Shown: piece after piece, positions 18,344-26,549 of the stretch
Layout: each line of letters starts with the position of its first letter
Position numbering within the stretch: the first letter of the stretch is position 1
Assembly (NCBI GenBank): GCA_000402295.1
Contig: AQRW01000183.1
Span: 1-54,414, forward strand
Direction of reading: 5' to 3'
DNA from: Candidatus Aerophobus profundus SCGC AAA252-L23
Lineage (GTDB): Bacteria; Aerophobota; Aerophobia; Aerophobales; Aerophobaceae
DNA length: 54,414 nucleotides
Translations under genes and position numbers: made by a program
The notes under the pieces: generated by a model
What the model saw: only the letters and a program-made list of their open reading frames with translations
Database searches by the model: none
What the model was told of the DNA's origin: nothing

Positions 18344-19672
18344 CTATGGTGTAAGCTTCTTTATAGCCGCTTCTGCAAACAGCTTCAACACTTGTGCTGA
18401 GGGGTAAGTTGACAAAGACGCGATTGAATGAGCTAGCTCAACTGGCAACAAAGCGTTCTCGTAACGACTACTCAGAAGCTGGGGTAATGTACTCAGAATC
18501 CTGTCCAAGCCAATTACACTTATTGGGTTAGGTGCCTGGATGAAAGAATCCATATCTGTACTCACCGGGATGGTCAAGACAAAATGATACCGCTCATCCA
18601 GGGTCAAGAAGATCTTTGCCCCATAGTTTGTGTCACGGCCATATGACGCGCCACTAGGAGGACGGTGCTGAATCTGTTCACAGATATAGGTATGATTTGG
18701 GATGAAGAAATGCCCATTGGGCGCGTCTCTGCTGATCAAATTCAGATGTTCGACAAAGGAGCCAGTTTTTTCTTGCCCCACTATGGAAACTGGCACACCT
18801 TTGCGTAAGGCGTAAATGAGAAAACGGCGGATAGGATTCACCAGTTTGGAATACTGTGCCCTGATTTGCAGGGGACCATCCTTGACGAATAGACAACGTT
18901 TCAGAATCTCTGGATTGGTTTCCCAAAAATGTCGAATGCCGGTAAATAGCAACAGCGTCTCGTGGATGTTCATATATGCTGTGGCAACACTATCGGACGC
19001 TGCTTCCTTAACCATGTCCAGATGAAAACCAAGCATGTCGGTAATGAAAAGCTGTTCGCCACAACGTGGGCAGGTACCTAGGTCAGCGTCATAGGGAAGA
19101 GTTGCTTGGTCGCTCTGACAATGCGGGCATTGGAACTTGCGTAATTGCTTTTTGGCAGACGACCACTTCTCATAGGCTAGCCACTTAAGCGTCTCCATTG
19201 GTTCTCTGTCAAGTGAGTTGTCTTGCACTGACTCGAAAACCGTTTGTCGGACTGCGTCATAGACGGAAATCCCCGGTACTTGCACATGACGAAGCGGAAA
19301 GACGGTTGCATGATACAAAGCTGAGTCAGACATAAGATCGCGCAAAGCAAATGGATGTGGGGTTTCTTTGTCAATACGGCCTAGTGCTACCTGGTCAATT
19401 CGCATAAGGGCTGTCTTCACAAATGCCAGTGCTTTATGAGGCGGCCGCTCGTCTTGAATCACCTGAATAGAACCATCAACACCGAAAACCAAGTCAAGCG
19501 GTTGCCCGTGTAACGGCATAGGTTGCCAATCAATGCTATCAGTGGCCACCGATATGTCAGGTTGTTCGAAGCTCTGGACTAGCTGTTGCACCAAGGGGCT
19601 GCGCAGCACTTCCAGATGACCAAGTCTGCTTGCCCGCTCGCCAGGCAGTCTATTACTGGTACTGTAGGGCAT
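18344..19672 (-). CDS. NurA-domain nuclease-like protein with inserted CxxC...CxxC zinc ribbon (442 aa)
   Basis: The start is set at ATG 19672, behind AAGGAGGAAGAC; the track ORF starts at 19759, inside the upstream gene. LVFGVDGSIQV and CLFVKDGPLQI match the NurA DGS and DG.L motifs. CPHC (19118-19129) and CPRC (19061-19072) form a ribbon. Confidence 0.6.
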   Translation of the reverse strand: MPYSTSNRLPGERASRLGHLEVLRSPLVQQLVQSFEQPDISVATDSIDWQPMPLHGQPLDLVFGVDGSIQVIQDERPPHKALAFVKTALMRIDQVALGRIDKETPHPFALRDLMSDSALYHATVFPLRHVQVPGISVYDAVRQTVFESVQDNSLDREPMETLKWLAYEKWSSAKKQLRKFQCPHCQSDQATLPYDADLGTCPRCGEQLFITDMLGFHLDMVKEAASDSVATAYMNIHETLLLFTGIRHFWETNPEILKRCLFVKDGPLQIRAQYSKLVNPIRRFLIYALRKGVPVSIVGQEKTGSFVEHLNLISRDAPNGHFFIPNHTYICEQIQHRPPSGASYGRDTNYGAKIFLTLDERYHFVLTIPVSTDMDSFIQAPNPISVIGLDRILSTLPQLLSSRYENALLPVELAHSIASLSTYPSAQVLKLFAEAAIKKLTP

Positions 19673-19691
19673 GTCTTCCTCCTTATAGCAG

Positions 19692-21704
19692 CTATAGTTT
19701 CGCACTGGAGACTGCTGCGATCTCTGGCTCGAATTTGTGAGCCTGGACTGAAACCACAAACCGGTGTGAACGCGTCAGCATTCGAATGTAGCCAGGCGTC
19801 TTTGCACAAAGTATATCATCTTTCATACTCTCATAGGCGACATTCATTCTAGCAAGACCATTGACCTCATCCTGGGACGACATATGTGCAACAAAAAAGT
19901 TTTCCGTTTGTGCTAGTAAATCTTTGCTGATTGTCGTCGGCGATTGAGTTGAATACACCATTCCTATGTGATACTTAGCCCCTTCCTTTCCAAAACGACT
20001 ATAGATAGTAGTCACATCTTCTTTGCTTGGGAACAGGTTGTGCGCTTCTTCGAAATAAAGCTGAGCGTAGTGATCGCCTAACCGGTTGTTGCTGAACTTG
20101 TCAAGTTGATGCGCAAAAACTGCCTTTGAGAGTAAGTCAGAGAAGTAGCCCATTACTATCGGGTGGGCGTTCCCCAGGTCCAGAATCACTGTCTGACCTG
20201 AATCCAAGAGCTTCAGGACTTCATTCACGAAGTTGCCCGCACTCGGGTCATTGTACATCCTGTATGGTTGGATCAGGGAAGTGCCACTCCGTCCGGGCGG
20301 AGGTTCCAGAAACTCGAGGAGCGCCTCGTCGTCAGAGTCAAATAGGGAATTACCACTACCCGTGGTTAAGTTCTGATCATGTCGGTGGTCTCTTCGAAAG
20401 CGGTTTATGACCTCAAATTCCCTGGCCAACTCAGAGAGTGTAGTAGGTGGTGCTGGCGAAGGTGCTATGTTGCTGAATATATATGCAGCATCTCTTAGGG
20501 TGACGGCAAACCCCGGATTCAGTTTGCTGGCTGGCTTGCCGGGTGGTGCTACAGATTTAAGGCGTGGTTCGTTGACCGGGTATCCCGCTTTTTTCAGGAT
20601 AGCCCAAAACGCTTGAATCTTGCGCAAAGCTCTTCCCTGTTCGCTTCCTGGTAGTAGCTTCGCAACTTCCTCCAATGATGGTAAATCGACACTTATAAAG
20701 CTACGTATGTAGTTGGAATTGTCTTTACCATCCTGAGTGAGAAGGCTACCGATTATCCGATGCGCACTATCCGGCTGCTCGTAGAAGTTCAATTTCAAGG
20801 GCCTCGAGGGTGTTGTTTCTTTGGCCGTCAGGGCATACACGGTGCACTGCTCAGGATAAGCGCTACGCAATGACCTGCTATTATCCTGTGGGTTATCGTT
20901 GGCATATTCGCCGTTGATGTCGAAAATCAACTGGCCTACGTGTCCGGTGTCCCTGGTTGTCTCAATAAGGCTCTGCGCTATCAATTTGACCACGTTACTT
21001 TTTCCCAGGCGTGTTTTGCCGAACATAGCTGTACGCGCACCTAGGAAGTCACGCGTGGACACATAAACACCTACATTGGGCCATGGTCTGTTAGGGAGTG
21101 ATAAACGACACTCGGTCAATCGTAATCTGCCAATCTCGAATCTGTTCTCTGCTGGCACCAAGGTATTAACCACTAGGTCTAGTAAGGCTTTATCCGGCGC
21201 ATATACTCGATACTTGTGTGCGCTAACGAAGTTGTTTATATCACCCGAGAACTCGACTGCATCCTGCCGGTCGGGATCAGGATAGAACATTCCCAATACA
21301 GCAGTGTTCAAAGCACCCCACTGTAGCTCTGACTGCGTGAATATATCAAGTTCCGGCATAGATTTCTTTTGGAGTTCGAAGTACGTTTGCTGCGTTTCCC
21401 TGGTTAAAGGAGTGGGAGCGGTATCCAATACACGCAATAGGATAAAATGTGGTGTCACCACTGCTTCTTGCACGGCGGGTGTCATAATCAGCAGAGAATT
21501 GCGGGGCACTCCGCCTACAGCCATCTTGAACGGGTCAGAGGTGATAATCGTGACCGTGTCGAAGTTAATGTCGAGAACATACCCAACAAAACGCAAATCT
21601 GCGTATCTCTTTGCAGTCTCGTTGGCCGCTTCGTCATCCAGAAAATCCTTGAGTATGCGTAATGGATGGTTCTGTTGAGCCGCTTGATCAAAGAACTGCT
21701 TCAT
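19692..21704 (-). CDS. HerA/FtsK-clade (DUF87-type) ATPase (670 aa)
   Basis: Walker A FGKTRLGKSNV, FDINGEY, Walker B-like QLYFEEAHNLF and sensor-like VYSTQSP, with an N-terminal barrel-like region (FVGYVLDINFDTVTIITSD). The start ATG overlaps the MTase stop (ATGA at 21701-21704). Confidence 0.7.
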   Translation of the reverse strand: MKQFFDQAAQQNHPLRILKDFLDDEAANETAKRYADLRFVGYVLDINFDTVTIITSDPFKMAVGGVPRNSLLIMTPAVQEAVVTPHFILLRVLDTAPTPLTRETQQTYFELQKKSMPELDIFTQSELQWGALNTAVLGMFYPDPDRQDAVEFSGDINNFVSAHKYRVYAPDKALLDLVVNTLVPAENRFEIGRLRLTECRLSLPNRPWPNVGVYVSTRDFLGARTAMFGKTRLGKSNVVKLIAQSLIETTRDTGHVGQLIFDINGEYANDNPQDNSRSLRSAYPEQCTVYALTAKETTPSRPLKLNFYEQPDSAHRIIGSLLTQDGKDNSNYIRSFISVDLPSLEEVAKLLPGSEQGRALRKIQAFWAILKKAGYPVNEPRLKSVAPPGKPASKLNPGFAVTLRDAAYIFSNIAPSPAPPTTLSELAREFEVINRFRRDHRHDQNLTTGSGNSLFDSDDEALLEFLEPPPGRSGTSLIQPYRMYNDPSAGNFVNEVLKLLDSGQTVILDLGNAHPIVMGYFSDLLSKAVFAHQLDKFSNNRLGDHYAQLYFEEAHNLFPSKEDVTTIYSRFGKEGAKYHIGMVYSTQSPTTISKDLLAQTENFFVAHMSSQDEVNGLARMNVAYESMKDDILCAKTPGYIRMLTRSHRFVVSVQAHKFEPEIAAVSSAKL

Positions 21705-22528
21705 TGCACTCGCTCCTTTCTTATGTAATAGCTAGTGATCAATACCTCGCCAGAGTTAGCTACGGTAATGCCAGGTCTGCGCCCTGTCCCCCGTGGGGTC
21801 TTGATGACTGAGCTGTCAGCAAATAACTCAACGATGTCAGGATGCCCAGATGTGGTCAGAGCCCACATGATCCCTCGTTTCTTCGCGTCTCGTAGAACAG
21901 AGGCTAGTCGGCGATGATGCTCAAACGAAAAACGTCCGCCGATGTAATGATCGTTAGTCAATTCTATTTCTCCTGGTCGATAGGGCGGATCGGCAAAAAC
22001 AAAATCGCCAGACTTGCAGTCTGCTATAGCCTCCTCGAAGTCACAGCAGCGGAGTTCAACCCCGCGTAATGTGCGTGCAACACCCACTAGGTCATCCAGA
22101 CTTATCACCCATCGCCGATCCTGTCCTCCATACCCAACGTTGAATTTGCCTTCCTGATTGTGCCGCCACATACCCTTAAAGCAAGTGCGGTTGAGAAAAA
22201 GCACGCGCGCAGCACGATCAACAAAGAATTCAGGTGGATCAGCATCACGAATTCTCCGATACTCGGCTTTGCCCGAGCCAAACGCACAATAGCGGTTCCA
22301 TACCTCTTCAGGAGAATGTTGTATGCCACGATACAAATCGATCAGATCTGGATTAATATCTGAAAGCAGCGCTCGCTCAGGATTGAGCTTAAAGAAAACT
22401 GCGCCTCCTCCCACAAAAGGTTCGACATACCGTCGCCGTAAGCTTGCTGCTGTAGGAAGATGCTCTTGGAGAAATCCTAACATCCGTCTTTTGCCACCGG
22501 GGTAGCGCAGAAACTTAATCACATTCAT
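21701..22528 (-). CDS. Dam-type (alpha class, D12) N6-adenine DNA methyltransferase
   Basis: 275 aa with LRYPGGKRR, EPFVGGGAVFF (SAM motif I) and FVFADPPY (motif IV). Confidence 0.85.
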   Translation of the reverse strand: MNVIKFLRYPGGKRRMLGFLQEHLPTAASLRRRYVEPFVGGGAVFFKLNPERALLSDINPDLIDLYRGIQHSPEEVWNRYCAFGSGKAEYRRIRDADPPEFFVDRAARVLFLNRTCFKGMWRHNQEGKFNVGYGGQDRRWVISLDDLVGVARTLRGVELRCCDFEEAIADCKSGDFVFADPPYRPGEIELTNDHYIGGRFSFEHHRRLASVLRDAKKRGIMWALTTSGHPDIVELFADSSVIKTPRGTGRRPGITVANSGEVLITSYYIRKERVQ

Positions 22529-22853
22529 AGTTTGGTACCTCGTGAGTCTGTGAGCAACACTTTGATGCTAGTTTGGACAACAAAGCCAAGACCATCTAAC
22601 GATCCCCATAACTCGGAGGCTTCAAACTGTTGAGTTAATGCGGTGATTATGCAAGACTACGTACTCCATCGCCTCAATCGCATTTCTCTGGAATTTCTCC
22701 CGGCCCCCACCCATCGATGAATTTTGAATTTATTCTATCCCAAATTATTTTATGTGAGACGGGGCCTGCAATCCGTCGAGTAAATTGATCTGGCCAAGAG
22801 TCTCTAACCTTTTCAATTTTTCCGTTCACAAGATTGTAGACTGGTGGTTCCTT

Positions 22854-23162
22854 TCAGCTTATCTTCTCTCTCCCATCATCGGTGGTATCAACTCTCAAAT
22901 CAGAGACCTTGCGTGCATATAGAAACGGGTTATGACCACAATGAATCCCTCCATTTCTTATATCAGCTCGACAAGGATTGTTGCTTGGTTTCTTGGCATA
23001 GTAAGCAAGTTCGTCAACTGATGAACTTGCGTTAGAGTATAAAAATTCTACAATATCAGCGACTCTTCTGTCTCCCCAATGAGAATTAAGCACCCCAACG
23101 ACTCTGTCCGCTACAGCTGCAGCATCATTTGCCCACTCCCAGGTAATAAGCCACGCTTTCAT
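22854..23162 (-). CDS. hypothetical protein (102 aa) whose frame continues 59 codons past an in-frame TGA
   Basis: The ORF ends at TGA (22854-22856). The same frame stays open to TGA at 22674-22676 and encodes KEPPVYNLVNGKIEKVRDSWPDQFTRRIAGPVSHKIIWDRINSKFIDGWGPGEIPEKCD. Confidence 0.4.
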   Translation of the reverse strand: MKAWLITWEWANDAAAVADRVVGVLNSHWGDRRVADIVEFLYSNASSSVDELAYYAKKPSNNPCRADIRNGGIHCGHNPFLYARKVSDLRVDTTDDGREKIS

Positions 23163-23232
23163 TTAATACTCCACAAACGCATAATATTTTATTATGTCGC
23201 CTTTTACTACGCCCTCCAGCGTTTTCATTTGC

Positions 23233-26200
23233 TCAATTAGCGTTTTCATTTTCCCCTTCCACGATTTTGATTTCTTCCGGGGTGAGATCGTAGAGCTTGT
23301 AAACGAGATGGTCGATCCCCTTCTTATATGCTTTTACTTCCACCTGCTTGGCCAGGTTTTGAAGATAGTCGTCGGATTGTGTGAGGACGAGGATTTTGTC
23401 TACCAGCGTGATAAAAGGTTTTTGTAGAGTGTGAACCACATTCTTGACCGGTAGAGTTTTCAGGATGACTATTTTAACTTGAGCAAAAACCCTTCCTTCT
23501 TCCTCAACCAATTGGTTATAGTAGAAGTTGAAAAGCATAGAATTGAATAAAGCCAAAATGAATTTCAAGTCAAATTTCTGGTTAATCAAAAGCTGGATGT
23601 GTGTACTATCAAGGGCAAAAAAACCTTTATCGTCGTACGCAGCAATCAAAGAATCTCCAGTTTGACGATTTATTAGCTTCGGCCTAGTCTGAAAAAATCC
23701 TCTGTTTGTATTGCTCCACAATAAGTCTTCGTCAAACAAAATGTAGGTATCGCCGAATGAGTAATAATATCTATGTATGTTACGGCCCCTCAGTATTCTT
23801 TCGTATCTGTTGTCGATTTTCGCGTTATTCAGAAATTTCTTGTTATCGCCAGTTATAATCCCCTGATAAAATTTTACTACATCCCCCAAGGGGATACTGT
23901 CACTCGAAATCTTCTTTAATAATTTACCCAACCTGGCATCTAAGTAAAACTTCTGCCCTTCATTTGAAGCGAAAGTCCTTTGGTCAATTAAGTTGTAATT
24001 CGGTTTGTCCCCAAAGTAACGTACTTCATCTACCACTCTTACCCCGGTCATATGGTCTTTGTTATCTCCCTTACTCAATATAGTTATTAGGTTGCCGGCT
24101 GTCTCCGCATGCTCAAAAACCCTGTCCTTTATGTTTATTAGGAATTCGATGGTACAATTCGCAAGTATGAACTGTCTTGTCTTTTGAAGCGTCGAATTCA
24201 AAAGTAACGTGTTTGGTGTTATGAAGGTAAGAACGCTATGTTTGCCCAGTAAGAAAATTGACCTTGCAAGGAAAAGAGAGTAGGTGTTCCCTTTGTATTC
24301 AAAGACATTTCTGTATTTATCTTTGAGGACTTTGATCTCATTATCTGTAAAAAACTTCTGCTTCTTACCCAATGCAACAGTGATGTAAGGCGGATTCGCA
24401 ATCACCACATCGAAGCCACCTTTCTGGTGAAACACTTCAGAGAAATAGACCTCAAAGTCAAACTCCCTATGTCCATTCGTAATCCGATGAATCAGGTCAT
24501 CGATCTGTCTTTTCTGGACTGCCTTCCTCGCTGGATTGGTCTCGTTGAAATAGAGGGTCTTTTGTTCCTCCAATTCCTTAAATAGGTGGTGGTTCAATAG
24601 GTTTCGTTCCACTCCAAGTAGAGAATCACCACAGACGATTTTGTAGTCGAGATTCGGCAACGGCTTAATGCTCTTGATATCCTCCTCATCTACGATGAGC
24701 GAGAGCCACAAACGTAATTTGGCGATCTCTACTGCACCTGGGTCAATATCCACTCCGTACAGAGAATCTTCAATGCACCGGCGTTTGAAATCGTACACGG
24801 TCCTCCCTCGATCCCCTATAAATGTAGACAAGACATTTCTGGCCTTGACGATTTCGTGCATCATACCCACGGGAAATGCTCCTGAACCTACCGCGGGATC
24901 GCAGACTCTTATGTTGGCCAACTTCTCGTCGATTAGTTCCGCGTTCCTCCTAATGCTTTGGGGCAGTTTGTAAGAGTAGGTTTTTGTCTCCTTGCCTTCT
25001 TTTCCTACCCTTGCATCATTCTCTCCTGCCTGCTCACCCAAACGTATCAGAACCTCAACATCTTCTCTGGAGATCTGTGAATTCAATCCATGGGTAATGG
25101 TCAAATCCAGTTGGTCGTCCTTGACCTTGTTGCCATACATATCCAACTGTGATTCGGTGAGTCTTTCGTAGACCACTGGGCCGGCATTGAATTCACCGTG
25201 TAGATAGCTGATCAGGGTCTGCTGGCACATGTAGTGGACAATCTCTCGGGGAGTGTAGTAGACACCAAACCTCTTGTTGAATTTGCTCTCTTCCCCTTTT
25301 TTCCCGCTCTTCAGTGCCTTTTTGTATTCCTGGAAATTGTCTGGCCGAATAGCATTGAATTTCTCATACGCCTTGCCCAGGAGTTCCGGGTCAATGGCCA
25401 CTTCCTTTTCCAGTGGCTCATCTTCTTTGACCGTGAAATTGTAGCGGTCAAAGACATCCAGGATGCCGTTGCCGGTATCCCCCTCTCTTGTTTTTACAGT
25501 ATTGGAAAAGAGTCTGTCCGGAATAATAATATCGGTGTGCACCCAGTCGTAATTACCAATGGGGTCAAAAAGCCCTCCGTTCAGGAAAGGTATTTTGCAG
25601 TCAAAACGACTGTAATAATCATCGTCGTAGCTGCGGTCGATGCGCAGAGCTTCATAAAAGAGCGGCTCAAGGATGTCGTTAAAGAAATTGTGATAATCTC
25701 CATGTTTTTTCTCAAATAGTCCCCGTAGAAAATGCTTTGAGCCGGTGCCCCAGCCATTATCCCGGCCCACACCGAACCAGCCTTTTTTCTGCAAAAAATA
25801 GAGAAATACAATTTGCCCCAGCAGTTTCTTGGCAACGTTTACCGTATCAACGCCTTTTTCCTCAAAATCAGCCTTGATTCTCGGATCTTTGTTTACCACC
25901 TTGTCCAGCTCATCTTTGGTGCGAAGGAAAAGTTCGCGGTATTTGAGGAAAAACTCTTTGGTGACGGTTTCAATATCAAAGGCTTTTTCGATTTCTTCCA
26001 GAGTGGGATCATGTTCATCATTTTTCAAAATATTAACAAGACGGCTTTGCGCGGTGTGGCTTCTTTCGTTTTTGCCCACCAGGAAGGACCAGCGCCGGGC
26101 AGGGGTGAACTCTTCTTTCACCTTCATTCTACCGGATTTTGACTGTTCAAACTTATAGTCCATCTTGACCAGTGAAAACCGCCAATCCCCTTTATCGGGT

Positions 26201-26547
26201 GATACATACGCAACAAGAGCCGCGTCCTTCATCACACCACCCCGGCTGCCATTGAGATACCAGGCGACGAAATTACGCTGCATGGTGCGGGCGCGTTCAA
26301 GCGATGTCTCTTTCTGAAGCGTTATGACAAGAATATCAATACTGCTTTCCCCGTCGCTGAACTTGCCGATACGCTCCAGCGTTTTTATGTATTGTTTATA
26401 TGCATCGGGGATATAGTTTCCCCGGTAGGTAAAAGGAGCGACATCAATCCTGTTAAGAAGGTTCTTTATAAATCCGGTAAACCTGTCCTTATCAAAAGAC
26501 GTTTCGAAAGTGTCTCCGATAATGTTCTGTGCCTGTTGCTTATCCAT
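23233..26547 (-). CDS. large gamma-class N6-adenine DNA methyltransferase (Eco57I/type IIG-like, 1104 aa) with C-terminal specificity region
   Basis: FGVYYTPREIVHYM, VCDPAVGSGAFPV (motif I), YGVDIDPGAVEIAKLRLWL and FDVVIANPPYI (motif IV). The ATG lies 2 nt after the stop of the upstream PLD-SNF2 gene. Confidence 0.8.
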   Translation of the reverse strand: MDKQQAQNIIGDTFETSFDKDRFTGFIKNLLNRIDVAPFTYRGNYIPDAYKQYIKTLERIGKFSDGESSIDILVITLQKETSLERARTMQRNFVAWYLNGSRGGVMKDAALVAYVSPDKGDWRFSLVKMDYKFEQSKSGRMKVKEEFTPARRWSFLVGKNERSHTAQSRLVNILKNDEHDPTLEEIEKAFDIETVTKEFFLKYRELFLRTKDELDKVVNKDPRIKADFEEKGVDTVNVAKKLLGQIVFLYFLQKKGWFGVGRDNGWGTGSKHFLRGLFEKKHGDYHNFFNDILEPLFYEALRIDRSYDDDYYSRFDCKIPFLNGGLFDPIGNYDWVHTDIIIPDRLFSNTVKTREGDTGNGILDVFDRYNFTVKEDEPLEKEVAIDPELLGKAYEKFNAIRPDNFQEYKKALKSGKKGEESKFNKRFGVYYTPREIVHYMCQQTLISYLHGEFNAGPVVYERLTESQLDMYGNKVKDDQLDLTITHGLNSQISREDVEVLIRLGEQAGENDARVGKEGKETKTYSYKLPQSIRRNAELIDEKLANIRVCDPAVGSGAFPVGMMHEIVKARNVLSTFIGDRGRTVYDFKRRCIEDSLYGVDIDPGAVEIAKLRLWLSLIVDEEDIKSIKPLPNLDYKIVCGDSLLGVERNLLNHHLFKELEEQKTLYFNETNPARKAVQKRQIDDLIHRITNGHREFDFEVYFSEVFHQKGGFDVVIANPPYITVALGKKQKFFTDNEIKVLKDKYRNVFEYKGNTYSLFLARSIFLLGKHSVLTFITPNTLLLNSTLQKTRQFILANCTIEFLINIKDRVFEHAETAGNLITILSKGDNKDHMTGVRVVDEVRYFGDKPNYNLIDQRTFASNEGQKFYLDARLGKLLKKISSDSIPLGDVVKFYQGIITGDNKKFLNNAKIDNRYERILRGRNIHRYYYSFGDTYILFDEDLLWSNTNRGFFQTRPKLINRQTGDSLIAAYDDKGFFALDSTHIQLLINQKFDLKFILALFNSMLFNFYYNQLVEEEGRVFAQVKIVILKTLPVKNVVHTLQKPFITLVDKILVLTQSDDYLQNLAKQVEVKAYKKGIDHLVYKLYDLTPEEIKIVEGENENAN

Positions 26548-26549
26548 AT

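Noticed and set aside
22854-22856. Genome-wide UGA reassignment (code 4/25) as the explanation for the in-frame TGA
   Set aside because: Many well-supported genes in the window terminate at TGA, for example the transposase at 1686-1688, pgi at 9618-9620 and the Dam MTase at 21701-21703. UGA is therefore a normal stop here.
25234-25719. 161-aa plus-strand ORF. Similar antisense ORFs were rejected at 21304-21678, 28690-29082, 31941-32435 and 37738-38082.
   Set aside because: All lie antisense within long genes that have clear catalytic motifs. They are typical shadow ORFs.
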